The notes beneath the pieces were generated by a model that saw nothing but the letters and a program-made list of their open reading frames with translations, made no database searches and was not told where the DNA came from. Below, piece after piece: positions 18,185-27,057 of a stretch of DNA of 64,000 nucleotides. Within the stretch, counting starts at the first letter, position 1. Every line of letters begins with the position of its first letter. A program made the position numbers and the translations under genes. Source of the DNA: an uncultured delta proteobacterium (GTDB taxonomy: Bacteria; Myxococcota_A; UBA9160; UBA4427). The stretch covers positions 640,001 to 704,000 of the forward strand of contig CAWGJT010000005.1 of assembly GCA_963822965.1 (NCBI GenBank). The letters are read 5' to 3'.

Positions 18185-19582
18185 TCAGAAGACGAAGCCG
18201 ATGCTCGCCTCGAACTCATCCGAGATGGCCCCCCGTTTCGCATCGAAGTCACGGTAGTCGATCTTGATGACGACCTGCGGGATCGGCTTGAAGCTCATCC
18301 CGACCACGTACAGGTCGAAGTCCTGAAGCTGGTCCTTCCGGAAGCCGCCGGCCACCCGATGCTGGGTGTCCAGGTACTCGTACCGGAAGAAGGGCTCCAG
18401 GGACATCCGGGTCTGCTCGACGAAGAGCGGAAGCACGTCGTAGCCCACCTCCGCGTAGCCTCCGATCATCTGCTGCGCCACGGACTCGTCCGGCGCCAGG
18501 CCGATCGCCGCGAGAGCTGCCCCGCATCCGCCACGAAGGCCTGAGCGAAGACCCCCCGCAGCGAGAGGCCCCGGGCCTTGTACTGGGCGTGAAGCTCGTA
18601 GATGTGCACGAACGAGTCGGGCACCTTGAAGTCGGTGGGGGTGCTGTTCACGTCGCGGGTCACGGTCTGGTTCTGTCCGGACTTGCCTGCGTAGACCGAG
18701 CCCCCGAACAGCAGGCCGGGCGCGAACGCGCTCATGTCGTAGTCGATGCGTCCCACGAAGGCGAAGTTGTCGGCGAGGGCCTCGCTGCCGTTCTGCCGGC
18801 CCTCCCGCAGCCCTTCCGCGTCGAAGCCCGTGGCGTCGAAGCCGTTCACGCCGTAGAAGCGATAGTCGAGGTCGCCGGCGGCCCCAAGACCGACCCGCCC
18901 GTAGATGCCGACCCCGTTCTCGCGCCAGGTGGTGGGCAGGATCCGCCGGTCGACCTCCGGGCGCGCTGCGCCGAAGTAGAACGGGGGCTCGTGCACCTCG
19001 TTGATGAAGCCCATGGGGATGAGGAGCAGACCGGTCCGGGCGTTGAGCCAGTCCTGGTAGCAGGAAGTCCAGGGTCAGGAACTCGACGCCCACGGCACCG
19101 TTGTCCTCGGTGTTGCCGTGCTCGAACTCGACCTCGGAGTTGAAGACGAGCCAGTCGTTGAACTTGTAGCCCGTGTAGAGCACGAGGCGGAGGGCATCGT
19201 AGATGCTCGCCTCCCCGTCGTCGTCGTCCGTGTAGTGACGAAATCGCACGTCGCCGTAGCCGCCGATCGAGAGCCCGCGGTCGCGCCGGTACACCTTCGA
19301 CGCGGCCGGGCCGAGGCCCGAGAAGCCGCCCGCTTCCGGATCGACCTCGTCGGGCACCGCCTGCTCGCTCTTCAGGTCGTCGATCTCCTCGGCGAGGACC
19401 TCGATCTTCTGCTCGAGCTCTTCGAGGGTGGGCTTGCGCGGCGCCTCGGCAGCCGGCTCCTCGCCGGAGCCCGGGTCCGCGAAGGCCGGCCCCCCGAACG
19501 CGAGGACGAGGAGCAGGGTGAGCAGAGCGGGGGCAGTGCGGTACGGCGGGCGGGTGGCCGGGGGGCGGGTGGACCGATCCAT
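18185..19582 (-). CDS. Outer-membrane porin-like beta-barrel; two compensating frameshifts near 19050 and 18510
   Basis: Signal peptide, short coiled coil, GLGPAASKVY..SIGGYG..FNSEVEFEH..MGFINEVHEP..PTTWRENG; ends in IGFVF (terminal Phe). Confidence 0.85.
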   Translation of the reverse strand: MDRSTRPPATRPPYRTAPALLTLLLVLAFGGPAFADPGSGEEPAAEAPRKPTLEELEQKIEVLAEEIDDLKSEQAVPDEVDPEAGGFSGLGPAASKVYRRDRGLSIGGYGDVRFRHYTDDDDGEASIYDALRLVLYTGYKFNDWLVFNSEVEFEHGNTEDNGAVGVEFLTLDFLLPGLAQRPDRSAPHPHGLHQRGARAPVLLRRSAPGGRPADPAHHLARERGRHLRAGRSWGRRRPRLSLLRRERLRRHGLRRGRAAGGPAERQRGPRRQLRLRGTHRLRHERVRARPAVRGLGLRRQVRTEPDRDPRREQHPHRLQGARLVRAHLRASRPVQGPGPLAAGGLRSGLRGGCGAALAAIGLAPDESVAQQMIGGYAEVGYDVLPLFVEQTRMSLEPFFRYEYLDTQHRVAGGFRKDQLQDFDLYVVGMSFKPIPQVVIKIDYRDFDAKRGAISDEFEASIGFVF

Positions 19583-19601
19583 GGCTGAAGGGGCTCCAGA
19601 T

Positions 19602-19668
19602 AATGAAAAAGACTTTCGTTTTCAGAAAGGCGCAGCCGCGTTCTAACGAAAACGGTTTTCAATTTCAA
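19602..19668 (-). promoter_or_regulatory. Porin-operon promoter (TTGAAA-N17-TAGAAC) with two Fur-like boxes
   Basis: AT-rich island. Imperfect palindromes AACGAAAACGGTTTTCAAT (19645-19663, within the -35/-10 spacer) and AATGAAAAAGACTTTCGTT (19602-19620, next to the RBS) resemble TGAAAAnnnTTTTCA. Confidence 0.65.
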
Positions 19669-19895
19669 TAACAATTCTCCGGGAACGCCTTCCGCGGATC
19701 GGGAAGATCGAAATTGATTCCCATTGTTTTTCAGGTAGTTATGAAAATGATTGCCGGACCGCCGGGGTTTGCGGACGCAACACGCCCGAGAGCCCCGCCA
19801 AACGACGCCTCAACGTGTCGTGTCCGGCGTCCGATGAGCAGAGGCGGCTCGTCCGTTTCCTCTGATCCCATGGCGGGATGCGCAAGGAGCTACCC

Positions 19896-21189
19896 ATGGA
19901 AATCATCCAGGCCCTGGCCGCGTTCTTCGTGTTCTTCGCGGTGGCCTCGGCCATCGTCCAGCTGGTCTTCTGCTACTCGCTGCAGGTCCTGGCGGAGAAG
20001 AACGAGCTGCCGGACTTCACGGCCTTCCTGGCGTGGATCCCCCTGCTGAACCTGTATCCGTACATGAAGGTGGGCGGCGGAAGCTTCAAGGCTTCCTCCT
20101 GGGCGCCGTGGGCAGCCTGGTCGGCTTCGGCCTCATCGCGGGCGGTGCCGCCGCGGCCGGCTACGGCGGGCATCGGCTCGGCCGTCGCCGCGGTCGCGTT
20201 CGCGCTGCTGGTCGGTGGTGTACCTGGCGCGCATCGCCATGGGGACGGCCGAGCGCCGGGGCCTGTCTCGCTGGCTCGGGCTGCTCAGCTTCGTGCCGCT
20301 GGCCAACATCGTCGCCTACCCCTACTTCGCGTTTCACGACGGCTTCCGGGCTCCCAACAAGGCGGGCCTGGTGCTCGGGCTGCTGCTGGCGTTCGGCCCG
20401 CTGCCGGGACAGATCGCCATGGTCAACGCGCTGACCGCACACGCCCAGGAAGCGGCCCAGAGCGACCTCGGCAACGGTGTCACCCTCCAGCAGGCGATGG
20501 GCGGTCTGGGCGCCGCCATGGAGATCGGCGCCCAGCTCTCGGCGATCGAGCAGATGGATCCGACCGACCCCGAGCAGGCCGCCCGCATGAGCGAGTCCAT
20601 CGCGGCGCTCCGCGACCGGCTCGCCCAGGACCGCGCGGCCATCGGCGAGGAGGTCGCGGTGGAGATGGACCGGATGCTGCGGGAGCAGGAGACGCGCCTG
20701 CAGGCGTCGGGAACCGCGTCCGGCTCGCCCCAAGTGGTCGTCGCCGCGTCGAATCGGCCCGCGAAGCCCGCGCCTCGGCGCGCGGCCCCGCCCGCACCGC
20801 CCAGCCCGCCGCTCACCGCATCGATCCAGCGCCACGGGGACGACGGCTTCGCGGTCCCCGTGGCGCCGGCCTGCCCGCCGGGCACGGAGCTCCGAGGCGC
20901 AGCGCCGCCCGCCGGAACCCGCGAATGGTGCGAGCGGGTGGGCGTCGACGCCGGCATCAAGCACGGCTGGATGACCGAGTACCACGACAACGGCAATCCG
21001 GCCGTGGCCGGGGAGTATCGCGACGGGCTCCGGGTGGGCGTCTGGACACGCTACTACGAGGACGGCACGAAGCGCGCACAGGCCGAGTTCGAGGACGGTC
21101 TGCAGCACGGCGTGCTGATCTCGTGGGGCCCCGACGGCAGCAAGATCTACGAGCAGTACTTCGAGGGAGGCGCCCCCGCGAGCCGCTGA
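19896..21189 (+). CDS. Membrane protein: N-terminal DUF5684-like TM region, helical/Pro-rich linker, C-terminal MORN-variant (YwqK-like) repeats; frameshifts near 20090-20215
   Basis: AAGGAG RBS; AWIPLLNLY and FVPLANI TM motifs; HGWMTEYHDNG..G.YRDG.RVGVWTRYYEDG repeats. Confidence 0.7.
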
Positions 21190-21213
21190 GGGTCGAGGCG
21201 CCACCGCGCTGGG

Positions 21214-22263
21214 TCAGTCCGGAACCACCTCGATGGCGCCGGCCTCGCCGGCCAGCACCTCGCCCACCACGGCGTGCGCGAAGGTGCCCCGCGCCCGCAG
21301 CTCCCCCAGCAGCCGGGACTCGTTCGCGGGCGGGACGGCGAGCAGCAGCCCGCCCGAGGTCTGCGCGTCCGCGAGCACCAGCCGATCGACCTCGTCCACG
21401 GCCTCGTGGAAGCGCGTCTTCGAGGCGACGTAGTCGAGGTTGCGACGACTGCCGCCGGGGACCAGCCCTTCGCGTGCCAGCTCCCGGGCGAATGCAAGGA
21501 CCGGAACCGCCCCCACCCAGACCCGCCCCGCATGCCCGGACGCGGCCAGCAGATTGTGGAGATGGCCGAGCAGCCCGAAGCCCGTGACGTCGGTGGCCGC
21601 CCGCACCCCGGCCGCCAGCGCCGCGTCCCGCGCGCCCGCGTTCAGCGCACAGAGGACGGTCACGAGCTGCTCGCGATCGCGCTCCGCGAGGCGCCCCTGC
21701 TTGAGCGCCTGCGCGGCGATGCCGGCGCCGATCGGCTTGGTGAGGACGAGCTTGTCGCCGGGGCGGGCGCCCGTCTGGGTGAGCACGTGCTCCGGCGCCA
21801 CGGTGCCGAGCACGCACAGCCCGTACTTCAGCTCGGGATCCAGCACCGTGTGCCCGCCGGCGACCGCGCACCCCGCCTCGGCGGCCTTGTCGCGACCGCC
21901 GCGGAAGATGCGCGCCAGCACCTCGCGGGACACGAGATCCTCCGGAAAGCCGCAGACCGCGAGCGCGACCTGGGGCTGGCCGCCCATCGCGTAGACGTCG
22001 GACAGGGCGTTGGCGGCGGCGATCGCACCGAAGACCTCGGGCTCGTCGACGATGGGGGTGATGAAGTCGACCGTCATCACGAGGGGAGAGCCGGATTCCG
22101 GGCGCAGGAGTGCCGCATCCTCCATGGGGCCGACTCCACCGCCGGCGAGCCACGGATGATCGAAAGGCGCCAGGTCTCTCAGGACCTCGACGAGGCCCTC
22201 AGCGGAGAGCTTGCGGGCTCAACCGCCGCCGGGCACGAGCGACGTCAGTCGGATCTCGCTCAC
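21214..22263 (-). CDS. selD: Selenide, water dikinase containing selenocysteine (in-frame TGA at 22219-22221)
   Basis: AGGAGG RBS then GTG; reads MSEIRLTSLVPGGG-U-ARKLS... in frame with EDAA, TVDFITPIVD, AANALSDVYAMGG, GGHT, LTKPIG, TDVTGFGLLGH, DAQTSGGLL. Confidence 0.93.
22176..22209 (-). promoter_or_regulatory. Candidate bacterial SECIS element
   Basis: CTCTC-CGCTG-AGGGCCTC-GTC-GAGGTCCT-GAGAG hairpin beginning 9 nt after the UGA; apical loop starts with G, 27 nt from the UGA. Confidence 0.65.
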
Positions 22264-22373
22264 CACACCTCCTGCCTTCTGCTGCGTGGGTGCGCGCGTT
22301 CGGGTGCGCGCGTCGGTCAGCATAGGGCGACGGTGGGGACGGCTCCAACTCGACGGCGTCCGTGGGAGGGGGA

Positions 22374-23450
22374 TCAGGCGCTGCCTTCGACCCAGGCCTC
22401 GAGGTTCTCGGGCAGCCGGTCCGCGAAGGCCATCGTCTTCGCGCGATCCCCGAAGTTGGCCTCGAACATGCTGCGATAGTGGGCCTCGAGCCGATCGCTG
22501 AAGAGGCCCACGCTCTTGAGCGACGGGATGATGAAGCCCCGCACGGGACCCGCCACGTTGGTGCGCTGCATCTCGGGGTCGATCCGCTCGCGCTCCTTGG
22601 CGAGCTCGGTGAAGACGGTCTGCGGATCCAGGCCCGCCTCCTTCCAGATCTCGAGCATCGAGACGCGCATGGAGCCCCCGGTTCGCGAATCCACCAGCAG
22701 GCGCGACGCCTCGAACGCGAAGTCCTCGAGCTCGCTCCGCTCGCGCTCGCTGAGCGAGCCCACCGTGGCGGACAGGTACTTCACGCCATAGCCGCAGTGG
22801 CGAGCCTCGTCCCGGGCGACGTACGTGAGCAGCTGCTTCAGCAGCGGCTCCTGGGTGGAGTTGCGCATGTCCCGGAACACGTGCAGCGCGAGACCCTCCA
22901 CGACCATCTGCATGCCCACCGCCTTCTCCATCCAGCTGCCCGTGGCGATGGTGGCGTCGAGCACCTTCTTGAGCGAAGGCGCGATCGGGTATACCTCGTC
23001 GATGAGCTTGATGTAGGCGGCGAAGACCTCGACGTGGCGCGCCTCGTCCAGGGTCTGCGTGGCCGCGTAGAACTTCCCGTCCATGTGCGGCACGGCGCTC
23101 ACCATCTGCGACGCGACCATCAAGGCGCCCTGCTCCCCGTGCAGGAAGTTCGAGAGCAGGAAGGCCGTGCTGCGGCGCGACACCTCCCACTTGAGGGCCG
23201 GGTCGAGGTTCTGCCAGAACTCGGTCTTCTCCACGGGGAAGCCGCCCAGCGAGAAGGTCCGCGAGAAGGCCTCCCGGTCGATTCCCTGACTCCAGTCGAG
23301 ATCGCGCACCGCGATCCACTGGCGATCGAGCGCGTTCGCGTACAGGGTGCGGAGCTGGTCGATCTCGCTCTCGTAGTTCCAGTTGTAGATCGCGGTGAGA
23401 GCGGCCTTCGTCTCGTCGGTGCGGGGGGGGGTCTCGGGGAGTGCGCTCAT
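22374..23450 (-). CDS. Ferritin-like diiron enzyme (AurF/desaturase-like superfamily)
   Basis: FLHGEQGAL..DEARH..VEGLA..DEARH carboxylate/His ligand pattern. Confidence 0.85.
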   Translation of the reverse strand: MSALPETPPRTDETKAALTAIYNWNYESEIDQLRTLYANALDRQWIAVRDLDWSQGIDREAFSRTFSLGGFPVEKTEFWQNLDPALKWEVSRRSTAFLLSNFLHGEQGALMVASQMVSAVPHMDGKFYAATQTLDEARHVEVFAAYIKLIDEVYPIAPSLKKVLDATIATGSWMEKAVGMQMVVEGLALHVFRDMRNSTQEPLLKQLLTYVARDEARHCGYGVKYLSATVGSLSERERSELEDFAFEASRLLVDSRTGGSMRVSMLEIWKEAGLDPQTVFTELAKERERIDPEMQRTNVAGPVRGFIIPSLKSVGLFSDRLEAHYRSMFEANFGDRAKTMAFADRLPENLEAWVEGSA

Positions 23451-24214
23451 CGCTTCTCGTCTCCGTTGGGCGGGCGGCTCGCCGCCGGTTCGTGGGCGCG
23501 ATTCGGAGCGGACGCGCGTTCCATCCGCTTGAGGAGCTGTTCGCGATGGGCTCGCAGCAGCAGTCGCACACCCTCGTGCGCCTCGGCGGCATCGCGAACC
23601 GCGAGTGCCTGCGAGATGCGCTGGGCGAGCGGGGCCACCACGGCGCGGGGCGGCCGGTGCGCGTGGCGGGGTCGCAGGGCCAGCGCGGGAGCGGGGGCAG
23701 CGAAGACCGTTCGCAGCCCGTTCCGGACGAGCCGCAGCACGAGGTTGCGGCTGGCCTTCGAGATGAGCTGGCCCAGCTCGTCGAGGCTGGCCCGGTAGGC
23801 GTCGTCTCCGAGTCCGGGGTCGGCCAGGGATTCGAGCAGCTCGCGGGCACGCGACAGCTCGCCGTCGGTCGCGTTGCGCACCGCCAGCTCCACCGCGGAG
23901 GTCATCAGGATCTCGTGCACGTCGAGCAGCTGGGTGACCAGCTCGACGCCGGGTCCGCCCTCCAGCTGCAGCAGGTGGCGCACCACCTCGAGGCTCGCGT
24001 CCTCGAGGGGACGCACCCGAGCCCCGCCACCGTGCCGGATGTCCACGAGTCCCAGCTGGTCGAGCTGCTTCAGCGCTTCGCGCACCGAGCCCCGACCCAC
24101 GCCCATCTGCTCGGCCAGTCTCCGTTCGGAGGCGAGGCGCTCGCCGGGCTGGTACTCGCCGCGCAGGATGGCGTCGCGAAGCGCAGCGGTCACGAAATCG
24201 GAGGTGGCACCCAT
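23447..24214 (-). CDS. GntR/FadR family transcriptional regulator
   Basis: ILRGEYQPGERLASER.LAEQMGVGRGSVREAL..L...GLVDIRHG.G winged HTH plus FCD-like C-terminus; ATGA overlap with the diiron gene. Confidence 0.92.
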   Translation of the reverse strand: MGATSDFVTAALRDAILRGEYQPGERLASERRLAEQMGVGRGSVREALKQLDQLGLVDIRHGGGARVRPLEDASLEVVRHLLQLEGGPGVELVTQLLDVHEILMTSAVELAVRNATDGELSRARELLESLADPGLGDDAYRASLDELGQLISKASRNLVLRLVRNGLRTVFAAPAPALALRPRHAHRPPRAVVAPLAQRISQALAVRDAAEAHEGVRLLLRAHREQLLKRMERASAPNRAHEPAASRPPNGDEKR

Positions 24215-24224
24215 GGATTCAGTC

Positions 24225-24254
24225 TGGTCCGACCACTCGAAATTGGTCGGACCA
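24225..24254. promoter_or_regulatory. Twin FadR-type operators TGGTCCGACCA and TGGTCGGACCA
   Basis: Two TGGTCnGACCA palindromes at 24225-24235 and 24244-24254, 10-40 bp upstream of the regulator start codon. Confidence 0.8.
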
Positions 24255-24317
24255 TTTTGCCCGGTCGATGGCAGACCGCAAGGGCGGCGCCACCGAGGGT
24301 GGTCGGGGAGAGCTCCG

Positions 24318-24374
24318 AAAACGAAGAAGCCCGCCGGCTGGAAAGCGGCGGGCTCGAAATGCGCGATATGTTGG
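24318..24374 (-). ncRNA. Candidate small RNA (about 55-60 nt) or attenuated leader
   Basis: Minus strand: TTGACA (24407-24402), N16, extended -10 TGcTAAATT (24385-24380); then CCAACATATCGCGCATTTC; then terminator AGCCCGCCG-N9-CGGCGGGCT-TCTTCGTTTT. Confidence 0.55.
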
Positions 24375-24556
24375 CTAGGAATTTAGCACAGATCTCGATC
24401 TTGTCAATGGGGGGATCGAGAAATCACGATTCACCTCTCGAGATCGAGGGTGGACCGCTCGAAAACGGGGAAATCGGGCACACGAACGCCGTTTCGTCGA
24501 TCTCGAACGGCGAGCTGCCGGCCCGGCCGCCCACAACCGGCCCGGACCGGGCCAGC

Positions 24557-24700
24557 TCAGCGGATGCGAGAGCCTTCAGCGGATGCGAGAGCCTTCAGCG
24601 GATGCGAGAGCCTGCGTGCGAGAGCCTCAGCGGATGCGAGAGCCCTCACCGGATGCGAGAGCCCTCAGCGGATGCGAGCGCCTCAGCTGATGCGAGCGAC
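24557..24700. repeat. Degenerate 18-19 bp tandem repeat TCAGCGGATGCGAGAGCC(T/C), about 8 units; the last unit is the 3' end of the adjacent gene
   Basis: Units at 24557, 24576, 24595, 24614 (truncated), 24627, 24646, 24665 and 24683. Confidence 0.9.
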
Positions 24701-25841
24701 GGACTTCGGCAGATCCTTCGCGACCCGGATGATCGGGATGCCCGTCTGCTTGTTCTGGTGCATCTCCTCGAAGCACCGCGGCAGGTCCTCGAACGGGTAG
24801 ATCTCGCCGTGGATGGTCGGCTTGAAGACGCTTCCGTACAGCTCGGTGGCGGCGTTGCAGCCCGCCACGGTCTCGTAGTGGGTGTGGTCGAGGGTGATCT
24901 GCTTGGTGGAGGCGCCGGCCGAGTTGTAGTGGATGGCCGTGTCGAGCTGCCACCCGGCGCTCACGTTGACGCCCTGGCGGGAGGCCACCGCGAGGCCGGC
25001 GGGGAAGACGGGGCCCCGCAGCATGTCGCATACGATGTGCATGCCCGTCGAGCCCGTCAGCCGCTTGCACTCGGCGCTGAAGGCCTTGACATCGTCCCGG
25101 GAGGCAAAGCGATTGAAGGCCTTCTGATCGATGCCGACGATGCCGAGCTCTTCGAGGGCCTTGCGGCGCTCCGGGCTGCCGGAGCAGAAGAACGCCCGGT
25201 GCCCCTGGGACTTCGCCAGCATCAGGAAGAGCTCTCCGACGCCCCCGCCGAAGCTCAGCACGTTCAGGACCGCCAGATGCTCCCGGCTGACCTTCAGCCG
25301 GAAGATCCCGAGGGCCCGGCGCCAGAGGTGGTAGGCGGTGGGAGCGCGCAGCGGCAGGGCGGCCATCTCCCACAGGCTCAGGCCGCAGTCGAGGGGCGCG
25401 GGAACGAGCTGCCATTCCCCGACCACCGCCTCCTCGGCATACCAGCCGACCGACTCGGGCTGGTCGTAGGCCCAGATCCGCAGGGGATATCCGTAGGGGT
25501 CGGGCTCGCCGTTGCAGTGGGTGAGGGCCACGTCGCCCTTCCGGAAGCGGGTGACCTCGGCGCCCGACCGCGATCACCTCGCCAACGGCCGAGTTGCCCG
25601 GGTAGATCTTGCCGCCCCGGATGTCGGCGATGTTGACGGTGTCGGCCAGGGCCGCGTGATCGACGTTGTGCTCGCCCGAGGCCGCCAGGATCCGGAGATG
25701 CACGTCCCGGGGTCCCATCTCGCGCAGCTCGAGCTCGTCGAGCGCGATCACACGGGAGACGTCGACCTTGGAGAGATCGTTCCCGACGCGCTCTCGCTCG
25801 GCGGCGATGGCGTCGGTGGAGATGGAGAAGGCTCGGGGCAT
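24683..25841 (-). CDS. MDR-family reductase, divergent crotonyl-CoA carboxylase/reductase (ECR) homologue; frameshift near 25565
   Basis: ILAASGEHN, PGNSAVGEVIAVG, THCN, RIWAYD, PTAYHL, GIDQKAF, KAFSAECKRLTG, HTHY, MHQNKQTG align by eye with Ccr motifs in order. Confidence 0.75.
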
Positions 25842-26022
25842 CGGGGGTCCTCTTGGGCTCGGGGCTCGCGTGGGGGGGGCGCCCTGGGAGGGCGGAAGCT
25901 GGCGCACGGTACAGCCCCTGGGGTGTCCTCTTCAACCCCTCGATGACGCTCGGCGACCAGACGGGCGGGGCGCACCAGAAGGCGGTTTACGGGCCGGCAC
26001 GAGAGCCGCAGACTCTGGCCCC

Positions 26023-27024
26023 ATGGCCCGCTTCCTGGTGTATTTCGTGGTGGTGCTGCTGGCGATCGCGCTGCTCCCGCCGCTCGCTGCCGACCTCTTC
26101 GACTATCGCGCCGACCCCGAGCTGGTGCCGTCGGCCGGTCGCCGGGTGGACGTTGGCGAGGGTCGCTTCCTGCAGGTGGTCGAGCAGGGAGCCGGCCCCG
26201 ACGTCGTGCTCGTCCACGGCCTGCCGGGCACGGCCGCCGACTGGGCGGGGACGCCGGCGGCGCTCGCGAACCTCGGCCACCACGTGGTCGCCTACGACCG
26301 GGTGGGGTACGGACATTCGAGTCGCGAGCCCGAGCCGACCAACCGCTACACGTACCGATCGAACGCTGAGGATCTTCTCGGCCTGCTGGACGCCCTGGGG
26401 CTCGAACGGCCGGTGCTGGTGGGATGGTCGTACGGGGGGGCGGTCGCCCAGACCTTCGCCCAGGAGCATCCCGATCGGGTGTCGGCACTCGTCCTGATCG
26501 GTGCCGTCGGGCCGGCGGAGGCGCGAGCCGCGGACGAAGGGGGCGTCGTCGACGCGCTCACGTCGAGCGCGGTGGGAAACGAGATCTTCGACTGGCTGGG
26601 GTCGGTCCCGCCCCTGGGTCGGGCGGTGACGCGGGGCGTGTTGGTGGACGCCTTCTCGAACGAGCAGGCGATTCCGGAGGGCTGGGTCGACTACACCCGC
26701 GCGGCCCTCGAGCTGCCGGGCACCTTCCAGGCCTTCGTCCAGGAGGTCCAGCGCAACGATCCGGGGGCGCTCCAGCCGCAGCTCCTCGACCTGCCCGCGC
26801 TCGTGCTGCACGGCACCGAGGACCGCCTCGTTCCGTATGCGGTGGGCGAGGATCTGGACGCGCGACTGCCTCGGTCCAAGCTCGAGACGGTCTTCGGCGG
26901 CAGCCACATGCTGCCGGTCACACACCCCGAGCTCGTCGCGAAGGCGATCCACGAGCTCTCCGTCGGGGCATACATCCTCGACCCGGCGGTCGCCGACCCC
27001 ACCGCGGCCGCCGTCCAGCCCTGA
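26023..27024 (+). CDS. Membrane-anchored alpha/beta hydrolase
   Basis: N-terminal TM helix; VLVHG, DRVGYG.S, GWSYGG nucleophile, HGTED, SHML. Confidence 0.9.
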   Translation: MARFLVYFVVVLLAIALLPPLAADLFDYRADPELVPSAGRRVDVGEGRFLQVVEQGAGPDVVLVHGLPGTAADWAGTPAALANLGHHVVAYDRVGYGHSSREPEPTNRYTYRSNAEDLLGLLDALGLERPVLVGWSYGGAVAQTFAQEHPDRVSALVLIGAVGPAEARAADEGGVVDALTSSAVGNEIFDWLGSVPPLGRAVTRGVLVDAFSNEQAIPEGWVDYTRAALELPGTFQAFVQEVQRNDPGALQPQLLDLPALVLHGTEDRLVPYAVGEDLDARLPRSKLETVFGGSHMLPVTHPELVAKAIHELSVGAYILDPAVADPTAAAVQP

Positions 27025-27057
27025 GCGAGCCACCCCCAACCCATCCGGGAGACCCCC

